A DNA stretch of 64,000 nt from Planctomycetota bacterium. Its GTDB lineage: Bacteria > Planctomycetota > UBA1135 > UBA2386. Below, piece after piece: positions 37,754 through 49,310 of this stretch. Both the position numbers and the translations under genes were made by a program. The stretch is from positions 2,304,001 to 2,368,000 of the forward strand of contig JBKAGP010000001.1 of assembly GCA_046290465.1 (NCBI GenBank), given 5' to 3'. The notes under the pieces were generated by a model, which saw only the letters and a list, made by a program, of their open reading frames with translations, searched no databases and had not been told where the DNA came from. Numbering within the stretch: position 1 is the stretch's first letter; every line of letters begins with the position of its first letter.

Positions 37754-40700
37754 ACTGCGTGTAGTCCTTCGGCCGAAGGATCGCGCGGAAGCCGACACCG
37801 CTGCGTCGATCGTTGACGTTGAGTTCCTCGAACTCGTCGCCGGCATAGTACTTCTTGGCGGTCGCGCCGCGCCCCTTGAAGCAGCTGCCGCCGGCCGCCG
37901 CGCCGCGGCCACCCTCGGCGCCCGCCAGCCACTCGGCGACGTTGCCGCTCAGGTGGCGCAGCTCGCTCGACCGCCACGACAAGCCGCCGTCGTTCACCTT
38001 GACCAGCTGACGGCTCATGATGTTGCGGGCCTCGCGGTCGTCGCGCCACTCGCCGTCCCACGAGTATGGCTTGGCCTTGCCCGGACCGCGCGCGGCCAGC
38101 AGCCACTCGGCACCGGTAGGCAGCGACTTGCCATACCAACGGCAGAACGCGTGCGCCTCGTTCCAGCGCACCTTGTGCACCGGCAGCATGTCGTCGCCGA
38201 TCGCCGACCAGCGCAACAGCTCGCCGAACTGGCTCGCGCTCATCTGCACGCCGGCCAGCCGCGCCTGCACGCGCGCCAGCCGGGTGGCGTCGTCGCCGTC
38301 CCCGGCCATCGCCTTCAGCTCGGTCACGAACTTGCGGAACTGCTGCAGCGTCGTCTCGGTACCGGCCATGAAGAACGCATCGACGCCGTCCGCAGCGGCG
38401 ATCACGGTCATGCCCTGTGCCGCGGTCTCGAGCTGCCGCAGGCCGGTCTGCCAGCGCTGGATCTGCAGCCCGACGACCGGCGGCATCGCGGTGGTCGTGG
38501 CCAGCACGCCGGCCGCCTGGTTGAGCTGCTGCCGGGCAGCCCGGACGTCGAGGCTGCTGCCGAGCACCTCGAACGCCGCGCGGCACGCGTCGACGATCGT
38601 CTTCAGCTGGCCGAACTCGGTGCGCCCCTCGGTGCCGGCGCTCTGCGCGATGCCGAGCGCGTCGTCGCACGACGTCAGGTTGCCGGTGCCAAAGCTCTGC
38701 GCCGCTGCGGCGAGCGCCTTCTCGGCGCGGCGCCACTTCTCGCAGCCGGTCTCGATGCGGCGCAGCCGCGCGTCGAGGTCCCCGGGATCGGCCATCGCAC
38801 CGAGCCGCGTGCGCAGCGCCTCGGTCTCCTTGTCGAGGCCGGCGCGCTTCTCGTTCCAGTCGCGCAGGTTGCTGACGTCCTGCAGCCGGTCGTTGATCTC
38901 GCTGATGCCCTTCTCGAGCTCGGCGCGCAGGATCCGCGTCTCGGCCGCCACCAGCGACTTGTCGAGGTCGAGCATCGACACCGCCTGCTGCAGCGCCTGT
39001 TCGGTCTGCTCGCCGGGGAACAGCACCTTGGCCTGCGTCAGCGACTGCACGATCGCGTCACGACCGCTCTTGAGTTCGCGCAGCGTCACGTCGCGCCCGG
39101 CCAGCACCTGCCAGTCGTCGTACTGCTGCCGACACGCCTGCACGACCTGATCCCGCAGCCGCTGCTCGCGGCGCTGCTGCTGCTTGAGCCGCGCGGCCCA
39201 CTCCGGCAGGCCGCCGTCGGTGCTGCCAGCGAGCGGCTCGAGCGCGAGGTCGATCTGCGCGAAGAAGCCGGCCACGTCGTCGAACGGCGGCCGCGGCGAG
39301 GTCGGGAAGGTCAGCTTCTGGATCTTGTCCTCGATCTGCAGCGCCTGGTCCATCTCGAGCACCAGCGCCTTCTGGGCCTGCTCGTCCTCGACCTTGGTCG
39401 GCACGATCGCGTCGACCTGGTCCCGCAGCGTCTTCAGCGGCCCCTTCTCGAGGTAGTCGGCGCGAATCTTCGCCAACCGCGCCCCGGCGTCCGGATCCCC
39501 CATCGGGCCGGCCGCCTCGGCCAGCGCCTCCTCGAGGCGGTCCAGCTCGAACCGCGACGGCAGGCTGCGCCCGAGCAGGTCGGCCTGGCCCGGCAGCAGC
39601 TCTCCGAGTCGCACGCCGCCGGCGCCGATAAGGGCCAGCGAAGTGCCGAGCGCCGCGATGCGCTCCTTGTCGCCGTTGGCCTGTTCGCGATCCTCTTTCC
39701 ACGAGTTGAGCGAAGCGTTGACCGCCGCGATCGCGGCCGCGCCGTAGGCGTCGCGCAGCCTCGCCGCCTGGCTGCTGCGCCATTCGCGCACCTCGGGGCC
39801 GGCGGCCTCCGGCAGTTCGACGGCCGCTTCGAGTTCGGCCAGCCGCTGCGCGAGGTCGTCGAACGGCAGCTGCAGCTCGGCCTGCTGCGCATCCTCGATG
39901 CTCGGCAGGCGCTGCGCGACCGCTTCGGCCGCCGCGATGTCGGCGTGCAGCTGCTCGACCTCCGGGACCATCGCCTCGGGCACCGTGATCGCCGCCAGGT
40001 CTTCCTTCAGCGCGGCGTCCGCCGGACCTGCCCGGCGCAGGCGATCGCGGATGCCGTCGAGCTGCCGACGCGAACGTTCGCTGCCGCCACCGCCGGTCGG
40101 CGGCTCGTCGACCTTGACGACCGGCACCTGCTTCTGCTGCTGCTGCTGCGACCACCACCAGTAGCCGCCGCCGCCGCCGCCGAGCAGCAGCACGACGACG
40201 ATCGCGACCAGCAGGCCCGAGCCCTTGTTGCCGTCGTCGCCGGCGGCGCGCGCATCGCGTGCATCGCGACGATCGGCCTCGGCGTTGGCCTTCTTGATGC
40301 GCTTGACCTTGGTGCGGATCGTCTCCCCGGCCTCGACCAGCACCAGGTCGTTGAGCAGCTCTTCGTAGCTCTCGTAGCGATCGTCGCGATCGTTGGCCGT
40401 CATGCGCTCGATGACGCGCGACAGCGGATGGTTCTCGTCGAGCTCGGGCAGCGCCTTCCACAGGCACAGGTTCTCGAGCTTGGTCTTGGTCTGGATCAGC
40501 TCGTAGACCGAACTGGCGCGGATCGGCGGCTCGCCCGTCAACAGGTAGAAGAACGTCGCGCCCAGCGAGTACATGTCGCTGCGGAAGTCGACGTCGGCGC
40601 CGCCCTGGCACTGCTCGGGCGACATGTAGAGCGGCGTGCCGATCAGCTCGGACGTCAACGTCATGTTGAACTCGTCCTCGACCGGCTTGGCGATGCCGAA

Positions 40701-41414
40701 GTCGGCGATCTTGAGCACGCCCTGATCGGTGAGCATCAGGTTGTCGGGCTTGATGTCGCGGTGCACGACGCTCAGCCGCCGCGCCTCCTCGAGCCCCTTG
40801 CACGCCTGGCGGATCAGCGGCAGCGCCTCGCCGGCCGGCAGCCGCCCGCCGGCCAGCAGCTTGACGTGCTCGCGCAGGTTCTTGCCCTGCACGAACTCCA
40901 TCACCAGGTAGTGCACGCCCAGTTCGAAGCCGACGTCGTGCACCATCACCACGTTGGCGCTGTTGAACTTGCTGACCGTGCGCGCCTCGACCTCGAAGCG
41001 CTTCAGCATGCGCGCATCGGTCATCATCTCGGGACGGATGACCTTGACCGCGACGTCGCGATCGAGCTTGAGCTGGCGCGCCTTGTAGACCGCGCCCATC
41101 GCGCCGCGGCCGAGCATCTTGTCGATGCGGCAGCCGCCGATCGTCTTGCCGATCAGCTGCTCGGTGCCGACCAGCGCGTTGGCATCCAGCGCCGGCACGG
41201 TCCGGCCCTCGCCCTCGTCGGCCCCGTTGCCGCCGGCGGCATCTCCGTCCCTGGACTCGACCGTGCGCTCCTCGTCGCCGAGGTCGTCCGGCTGCGCGCT
41301 GCCCGATGGCACCGTGCGTTCCTCGGGGGCATCCCCGCTGCCGCCGGGTATCCCGCTGCCTCCGGGTACCTTGTGGCTCGGGATCGTGGGATCTTCGGAG
41401 TCGTCTGCGGTCAT
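37737..41414 (-). CDS. Ser/Thr kinase + TM + long helical region + FGE/SUMF1 domain
   Basis: GRGAMG, VAVK, HRDIKPDN, DFG and SPE. TETT, LPTGAEW, LSGNVAEW and GFR. Confidence 0.9.
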   Translation of the reverse strand: MTADDSEDPTIPSHKVPGGSGIPGGSGDAPEERTVPSGSAQPDDLGDEERTVESRDGDAAGGNGADEGEGRTVPALDANALVGTEQLIGKTIGGCRIDKMLGRGAMGAVYKARQLKLDRDVAVKVIRPEMMTDARMLKRFEVEARTVSKFNSANVVMVHDVGFELGVHYLVMEFVQGKNLREHVKLLAGGRLPAGEALPLIRQACKGLEEARRLSVVHRDIKPDNLMLTDQGVLKIADFGIAKPVEDEFNMTLTSELIGTPLYMSPEQCQGGADVDFRSDMYSLGATFFYLLTGEPPIRASSVYELIQTKTKLENLCLWKALPELDENHPLSRVIERMTANDRDDRYESYEELLNDLVLVEAGETIRTKVKRIKKANAEADRRDARDARAAGDDGNKGSGLLVAIVVVLLLGGGGGGYWWWSQQQQQKQVPVVKVDEPPTGGGGSERSRRQLDGIRDRLRRAGPADAALKEDLAAITVPEAMVPEVEQLHADIAAAEAVAQRLPSIEDAQQAELQLPFDDLAQRLAELEAAVELPEAAGPEVREWRSSQAARLRDAYGAAAIAAVNASLNSWKEDREQANGDKERIAALGTSLALIGAGGVRLGELLPGQADLLGRSLPSRFELDRLEEALAEAAGPMGDPDAGARLAKIRADYLEKGPLKTLRDQVDAIVPTKVEDEQAQKALVLEMDQALQIEDKIQKLTFPTSPRPPFDDVAGFFAQIDLALEPLAGSTDGGLPEWAARLKQQQRREQRLRDQVVQACRQQYDDWQVLAGRDVTLRELKSGRDAIVQSLTQAKVLFPGEQTEQALQQAVSMLDLDKSLVAAETRILRAELEKGISEINDRLQDVSNLRDWNEKRAGLDKETEALRTRLGAMADPGDLDARLRRIETGCEKWRRAEKALAAAAQSFGTGNLTSCDDALGIAQSAGTEGRTEFGQLKTIVDACRAAFEVLGSSLDVRAARQQLNQAAGVLATTTAMPPVVGLQIQRWQTGLRQLETAAQGMTVIAAADGVDAFFMAGTETTLQQFRKFVTELKAMAGDGDDATRLARVQARLAGVQMSASQFGELLRWSAIGDDMLPVHKVRWNEAHAFCRWYGKSLPTGAEWLLAARGPGKAKPYSWDGEWRDDREARNIMSRQLVKVNDGGLSWRSSELRHLSGNVAEWLAGAEGGRGAAAGGSCFKGRGATAKKYYAGDEFEELNVNDRRSGVGFRAILRPKDYTQLPWPK

Positions 41415-41632
41415 TGGGCTGGCTGCTGCCTGAGGGGGTCCCGCTTTGTAGTGGATAACCACGAGCCCCCGCAACCGACGCAGGGCGTAGCGCCCCCGTG
41501 GCAACGCTCCGGACCGGCCGGGCGCGTCACCCGAACCAGAAAAATCCGGTTCGCTGTCCATTCTGGCCGGCGCCGGGCGTCCGATCTGGGAACCCGACCG
41601 AGGCCGCGCGCCTCCCAACCCCCGCAACGACC

Positions 41633-42187
41633 ATGAAGCTGCAAGCCACCCTCCTCGCCCTGACGTTCGCCGCCCCGCTCGCCGCCCAGATGCCGCAGCC
41701 GACCAAGCAGCACAAGATGCTCGCGATGCAGGTCGGCACCTGGGACGCCAAGATGGAGTACCTCGACTTCGAGACCGGCAAGCCGACCACGTCCAAGGGC
41801 GTCTCGATCCGCAAGATGCCGCTCGGCAGCTTCTGGCTGATCGACAACTTCCAGGCCGACATGATGGGCATGCCGTTCAAGGGCATGGGCATCACCGGCT
41901 ACGACCCGGAGAAGAAGAAGCTGGTCGGCACCTGGATCGACTCGATGACCCCGAGCCTGATGGTGATCGAGGGCAACTTCGACGCCGAGGGCAAGGTGAT
42001 GACGATGAGCGGCATGGGCGTCGGCATGGACGGCAAGCCCGCCAAGACGACGATGAAGACCACCGTGCACGGCAAGGACAAGCACGTGTTCGAGATGTTC
42101 TCGTCGATGCCCGACGGCAAGGACATGAAGCTGATGACGATCACCTACACGCGCCAGGTCCGGAAGCTGGACGAAGTCCGCAAGTAG
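41633..42187 (+). CDS. DUF1579 domain secreted protein
   Basis: PTKQHKML..VGTW, FKGMGITGYD, GTWIDSM and ITYTR. Signal peptide. Confidence 0.85.
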   Translation: MKLQATLLALTFAAPLAAQMPQPTKQHKMLAMQVGTWDAKMEYLDFETGKPTTSKGVSIRKMPLGSFWLIDNFQADMMGMPFKGMGITGYDPEKKKLVGTWIDSMTPSLMVIEGNFDAEGKVMTMSGMGVGMDGKPAKTTMKTTVHGKDKHVFEMFSSMPDGKDMKLMTITYTRQVRKLDEVRK

Positions 42188-42222
42188 GCAGAGCCGGCCG
42201 GCGGCCCCTATGATCGGACGCG

Positions 42223-42407
42223 ATGCGCACGCTCGTCGTCCTGGGGTCGTTGCTCGTGATCGGGCTGCTCGCCTGGTCGCTCACGACGGCATCGCCGACC
42301 GCGTCCGAGCGGCAGGCCGCGCCCGGGCAACCCCGTCCCGAAGGTGCCGTTCCGTTCCGCGTGCGCGTCGTGGACCGCCGCACCGGAGAACCGGTTGCGG
42401 GCGCCGA
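42223..42407 (+). pseudogene. 5' remnant of a membrane-anchored carboxypeptidase-regulatory-like gene, ending at a REPIN-like element
   Basis: TM anchor plus VRVVDRRTGEPVAGAE, followed immediately by the hairpin at 42408 and non-coding-like sequence. Confidence 0.55.
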
Positions 42408-42478
42408 GTTGCCGAACGGTCGCGGTCATCCTCGCGCTCGCGAATGTTGGAGGATGAACCGCGTGACCGTTCGGCAAC
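42408..42478. mobile_element. REPIN/MITE-like non-autonomous derivative of the RAYT element
   Basis: GTTGCCGAACGGTCGCGGTCATCCTC...GAGGATGAACCGCGTGACCGTTCGGCAAC hairpin. 42439-42478 matches 15675-15713 with 2 substitutions and 1 insertion. Confidence 0.85.
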
Positions 42479-42591
42479 CTTCAGAACTACGTAACAAGTC
42501 GGAACGGGCAGGGTGCCCGGGTTCGAACCGGGGGCGGTGGGGTTGCGTTCGGCGTATGCTCCGGCCATCCGAAGAAGGAGCCGCCCCACCC

Positions 42592-45243
42592 ATGCGTATC
42601 GCGATCGTTCTGGTGTTCCTGGCCCTGGCCGGGCTCGTGGCCTGGTGGTCGTTCGGCGACGTGGCCGCTCCGCCCGCGGCGCCCGACGAACGGCCGGCCC
42701 CCTCCGCACGGCAGGACGTCGAGGACGAGCAGGTGGAGACCGACGCGGTGGCCACGGTCGAGGCGAGCATCGACCGCACCGACGTCGACACCACCGAGAG
42801 CGAGCACGGCCTGCCGCCGCCGCCCGACGACGCCCACTGGATCGACGTGACGGTGGTGCTGCGCGACACCGACGAGCCGGTGCCGTTCGCGAAGGTCATG
42901 TGGGCCAACGAGAACCAGAACGAGCGCATGGGCGAGCTGCCCTACGCGCAGCAACAGCGCTACCAACAGCAGTACTGGCTGCCGGCCGAGGAGTTCGGCT
43001 ACCGGGCGCTGGCCGACGCCGAGGGCAGGGTGCGCGTCTGGTGCAAGCGAGAACATCTGCAGATCGTCGCCAAGTCCGAGGGCCGGTTCGGCTACGCGGC
43101 GGTCCAGGTCCACGAGACCAAGACCGAACACAAGCTCGAGATCGCGCCGGACCGCACGCTGCTGGTGCACGTGACGACGACCGACGAACGCGACGCCACC
43201 GGCGTGCTGGTCGGCATCGGCCAGCTCGGCGAGAAGCGTGAGCCCGGCCGCTACGGCTACAGCAACCATCAGAGCCGCACCGACGCCGAAGGCCTCGCGA
43301 CGTTCGAACACGTGCAGATCCTGCAGCGCTGGCGCTGGGGGTCGAAGCAGGGCCAGCCGGTGCCCAAGTGGACCCTGCAGCTGCACCAGCCGGGCTTCGA
43401 GCACGAGCCGACGACGATCGACGCGCAGCAGCTGCCCGACGAGCCGGTCGAGCTCCGGATGGGCGCCAGCGGCCACCTGCGCGTGCGGCCGCTGGTCGCC
43501 GGCGAGCCGCACGTCCTTCCGTACGGCATGCGCGTCTGGGACGCCGACGAACGCAACCGCGGCTTCATGGCGTGGCGCAACGTGCTGATGGCCGACGAGC
43601 ACGGCTGGGTCGAGGTGCGCCACGTCGGCCTCGGCAAGACGTTCGAGGTCGCTGCCGGCAACTGGTCGGGCAAGGTCGAAGGACCGCAGAACGACGGCGA
43701 GACCCGTTCGCACGAGATCGAGCTCAGCGAGACCCGCTGCGTGATGACGGCAAAGGTGCGGTCCGCCGACGGCGAGCCGGTGCGCGAGAAGGCGATCATC
43801 GGCGAGTTCGGCCCGCCCGAGCACCGCGACCAGGTGTGGGGCCAGAGCGACGAGCACGGCAACGTCGTGTGGCTGATGTCCCTGCCCAAGGACGGCAAGC
43901 CGCGCCTGCTCGAGCAGCTGGCGGTGACCTGGAACCCGAAGGACGGCGCGATCCAGCGGCACGAGGTCGGCACCGTGTCGCTGCCGATCGGCGTGACCGA
44001 GCTGGGCGAGGTCGCCCTCGAGCGCAGCGTGCCGCTGCTCTCGGGTCGCATCGAGGCCGACTGCGGCAGCAACGTGCGCGCCAGCTGCTCGATCCAGCAC
44101 TACGTCGTCTACGACGACCCCAAGCGCAAGCCGCGCTGGCGCAACGTGCACCGCGTCCAGGTCAAGGTCGCGGACGACCTGACGTTCTCCGCCTACGGCG
44201 AACTGCCGCCCGACCGCTACCGCATCCAGGTGCACAGCGACGCGTTCGCGCCGTTCGATCCGGTCGAGTTCGCGCCGGGAGCGACCGACCTGGTGCTGCG
44301 CCCGCGCTGCGGACACAAGCTCGCCGCCCACACCGTGCTGCCCGAAGGCATGAAGGGCAACGCGCTGCAGATGGTGCTGAAGTCGACCGGCGCCGAGGAG
44401 TCGAGCAACTGGGGTCGTCTGCGCGAGGATGTCGCAGGCCAGGCCGACCACGACTGGAAGGGCCTGGCGCCGGGCATCTACCGCCTCGAGGTCAACCTCG
44501 AGAACCGACAACATCGCAACCAACCGCTGCTCGTCATCGACAACGTGCGCGTGCCCGCCGAAGGGGACCAGCCGGTGCAGGTCGACCTGCTCGACAAGCT
44601 GACCACGTTGACGCTGAACATCGACGTGCAGGCCGAACTGGCGCCGAGCCAGTACTACGTGTTCCCGCCGCCGACCGACCCGGACGTGTGGCACGGCGCG
44701 ACCGCACCGCACGGCAAGTCGGTGATGCCGGTGCCGCTCGGCACGCACGAGATCACGATCGTCGCCGACGGCTACCGCGCCAAGACCGTGCCGGTGCAGG
44801 GCACCGAGGTCGCGGTCACGCTCGAGCCCTGGCCCAGGGCGACCGTCGCCGTCAGCGGACTGCAGGGCCTGCCCGAGGGCGTCTCGGTGCGCATGAACTG
44901 CACGCCGATCGACGACGGGCCCAAGGACCAGCGCAAGTACCGCGCCTCCTGGAACAGCGGCAAGGTCGCCGACCTGCTGCACGGCGGTCGTGCATCGAAG
45001 ACCATCAAGGACGAGCCGATCGAGTTTGCGTTCGGCACGCGGCGCATGTCGGTAACGCTGACGGCGAGTGCGCAGAAGCCGTATCGCTCGGTCAAGCTGA
45101 AGGGCTTCTCGCCGACCGAGCTGGCCAGCGCCGGCTCGCACCTGATCACGGTGTCGCCCGACGAGGTCACGCGCGTGATCGCCGAACTGCAGCGGATCGC
45201 GGACGAACGCGCCAAGAAGAAGGCGAAGAGCCGACAGCGCTGA
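42592..45243 (+). CDS. Large membrane-anchored protein with repeated carboxypeptidase-regulatory-like/Ig-like domains
   Basis: AAGGAG RBS and N-terminal TM (MRIAIVLVFLALAGLVAWW). Repeated AD/TD-xEG and LxPGxY motifs. Confidence 0.8.
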   Translation: MRIAIVLVFLALAGLVAWWSFGDVAAPPAAPDERPAPSARQDVEDEQVETDAVATVEASIDRTDVDTTESEHGLPPPPDDAHWIDVTVVLRDTDEPVPFAKVMWANENQNERMGELPYAQQQRYQQQYWLPAEEFGYRALADAEGRVRVWCKREHLQIVAKSEGRFGYAAVQVHETKTEHKLEIAPDRTLLVHVTTTDERDATGVLVGIGQLGEKREPGRYGYSNHQSRTDAEGLATFEHVQILQRWRWGSKQGQPVPKWTLQLHQPGFEHEPTTIDAQQLPDEPVELRMGASGHLRVRPLVAGEPHVLPYGMRVWDADERNRGFMAWRNVLMADEHGWVEVRHVGLGKTFEVAAGNWSGKVEGPQNDGETRSHEIELSETRCVMTAKVRSADGEPVREKAIIGEFGPPEHRDQVWGQSDEHGNVVWLMSLPKDGKPRLLEQLAVTWNPKDGAIQRHEVGTVSLPIGVTELGEVALERSVPLLSGRIEADCGSNVRASCSIQHYVVYDDPKRKPRWRNVHRVQVKVADDLTFSAYGELPPDRYRIQVHSDAFAPFDPVEFAPGATDLVLRPRCGHKLAAHTVLPEGMKGNALQMVLKSTGAEESSNWGRLREDVAGQADHDWKGLAPGIYRLEVNLENRQHRNQPLLVIDNVRVPAEGDQPVQVDLLDKLTTLTLNIDVQAELAPSQYYVFPPPTDPDVWHGATAPHGKSVMPVPLGTHEITIVADGYRAKTVPVQGTEVAVTLEPWPRATVAVSGLQGLPEGVSVRMNCTPIDDGPKDQRKYRASWNSGKVADLLHGGRASKTIKDEPIEFAFGTRRMSVTLTASAQKPYRSVKLKGFSPTELASAGSHLITVSPDEVTRVIAELQRIADERAKKKAKSRQR

Positions 45244-45283
45244 GCACCGCGGTGCGGTCGCCTGCGGCCCCAGCGAACTGCCG

Positions 45284-47533
<2,250 letters not shown>

Positions 47534-47677
47534 CGGTGCGGTTCCAGTGAACGGTTCCCCCATCAAGAACGCAATGAGGGGGAGATGTCCGCGCCGCGCA
47601 GGCCATTCGCGTGGTTGGCGCTTGCCAATGCCGCCCGGCTGGACCATCGTCCGATGCGCCTCTCCCGAAGCCCGACC

Positions 47678-49213
47678 ATGCCAGCATCCACTCGACCAAG
47701 CCGCCGTCGTGCGCGCCTCCCGCTGCTCTTGCTGGCACTGGCGTCCAGCTGCGCCTACCCGATGCGCAATTCGCACATCGAGGGCCTGGAGCCGAAGGCG
47801 ATCGAAGGCTTCGACGGGGTGCGCGCCTACGACGGCTTCCCGAGCGTCGCGTTCCAGGAGGCGTTCGACGAGACCGCCCGCAAGTTCGCGGAGCGGGACA
47901 TGACGGTCGACGGCACCCGGCACTTCGACATGCTGGTGCTCAGCAGCGGTGGCGTGAACGGTGCGTTCGGCGCCGGCGTGCTGACCAGCTGGACCAAGCG
48001 CGGCGACCGGCCCGAGTTCTGGATCGTCACCGGCGTCAGCGTCGGCGCCCTGATGGCGCCGTTCGTGTTCGCGGGACCGCAGTTCGACGAACGCATCGAG
48101 GAGCTGTTCCGCAGCCGCAAGCCGAGCGACCTGCATCGCGAGAAGGGCGTGATCTCGTCGGTGCTGTGGGACGAGTCGCTCGCCGACAACCGGCCGCTCG
48201 TCGACCTGATCACCGACGGCATGGACGAGGACCTGATGAACGCGATGGCCGATCGCCACGAGGAGGGCCGCCGCTGCTGGGTCGGCTCGACCAACATGGA
48301 CATGGGCCAGTTCTGCGTCTGGGACCTCGGCGCGATCGCGACGCGGCGCAGCCCGGAGGCCCTCGAGCTGATGCGGCAGGTGCTGACCGCGTCGGCGGCG
48401 ATTCCGGTCGTCTACCCGCCGGTCCGGTTCGAGAGCGAAGAGGGCAGCGAGCTGCACAGCGACGGCGCGGTGACCCGGCCGATGTTCCTGCCGAACAACG
48501 TGTTCGACGCCAAGGTCTCGGTCGAACGTGCGGGTCTCGACTGGGGCGAGATCAAGCGGCGCATGTTCGTGATCCACAACGGCTGCATGCGGCCGTCCCC
48601 GGCGACGCTGCAGCGCGACACGCTCGCGATCGCGACGCGCACGGTGCTGATGATGAGCTACACGATGGCCGCCGAGCACGTGCTGCACCTCTACCTGCTC
48701 AGCCGCGCCTGGGGCGCCGAGTTCCAGTTCCACACGATGCCGCCGGGCCAGGAACTCGAACTGACGACCTTCAAGCCCGAGGACACCGACCGACTGTTCG
48801 TGCTCGGCCAGGGCCTGATGGAGCGCGAGGAGCCGTGGCTCGACAGCCCACCCGGCTACGTGCTCGGGCCCGACCTGGAGCGGATCCGCCCGGTCGACAC
48901 CGAGTCGCAGCGGGCCGGAGGTCCCGTCGCTGCTGCCGCGACCCCCGAGGAACCCAAGCTGGACGTCGACGTCGCCGGGCACCTGCAGCGCATCGCGGTC
49001 CAGATCCAGAAGCTGCAGGACACGGTGCAGAAGCTGTGCGAACGCCAGGACGCGGCCGAGAAGGCCGCGGCGGAGCAGGCCGCCGGCGAAGGGGCGAACG
49101 GTGAGAAGGCCGCAGGTGAAGAGGCCGCAGGCGAGCAGGCCGCCGGCGAGGAAGGCGGCGCGCAGAAGCCCGGCAAGGGCAAGGGCAAGGGCAAGGGCGG
49201 CAGCGACGGCTGA
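47678..49213 (+). CDS. Patatin-like phospholipase lipoprotein
   Basis: ASSC lipobox. SSGGVNGAF, GVSVG, SAAIP and DGA. Low-complexity tail. Confidence 0.85.
   Translation: MPASTRPSRRRARLPLLLLALASSCAYPMRNSHIEGLEPKAIEGFDGVRAYDGFPSVAFQEAFDETARKFAERDMTVDGTRHFDMLVLSSGGVNGAFGAGVLTSWTKRGDRPEFWIVTGVSVGALMAPFVFAGPQFDERIEELFRSRKPSDLHREKGVISSVLWDESLADNRPLVDLITDGMDEDLMNAMADRHEEGRRCWVGSTNMDMGQFCVWDLGAIATRRSPEALELMRQVLTASAAIPVVYPPVRFESEEGSELHSDGAVTRPMFLPNNVFDAKVSVERAGLDWGEIKRRMFVIHNGCMRPSPATLQRDTLAIATRTVLMMSYTMAAEHVLHLYLLSRAWGAEFQFHTMPPGQELELTTFKPEDTDRLFVLGQGLMEREEPWLDSPPGYVLGPDLERIRPVDTESQRAGGPVAAAATPEEPKLDVDVAGHLQRIAVQIQKLQDTVQKLCERQDAAEKAAAEQAAGEGANGEKAAGEEAAGEQAAGEEGGAQKPGKGKGKGKGGSDG
49058..49147 (+). 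repeat. 15-bp degenerate tandem repeat x6 (ExAAG)
   Basis: EKAAA-EQAAG-EGANG-EKAAG-EEAAG-EQAAG. Confidence 0.8.
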
Positions 49214-49230
49214 CGCGGCGATCGCCGCGT
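49213..49230. terminator. Perfect 18-bp palindrome at the stop codon (possible terminator or stabilising hairpin)
   Basis: ACGCGGCGATCGCCGCGT, with no U-tract. Confidence 0.4.
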
Positions 49231-49310
49231 GACCGCGTTGGGGCATCAAAGCGGTTGTCGCGGGCGCCTCGCGCGCCAACATGGCAGGGTCCGCTTCCGT
49301 AGGAACCGCC

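Noticed and set aside
42516..42532. GGTTCGAA motif suggesting a tRNA T-loop or attachment site
   Set aside because: Only a short palindrome/hairpin. No cloverleaf, acceptor stem or integrase is visible.
42223..45243. Single 1006-aa protein as given in the ORF track
   Set aside because: It contains the REPIN-like hairpin, non-coding-like sequence and a second RBS + ATG + TM anchor at 42592. A remnant plus an intact gene explains it better.
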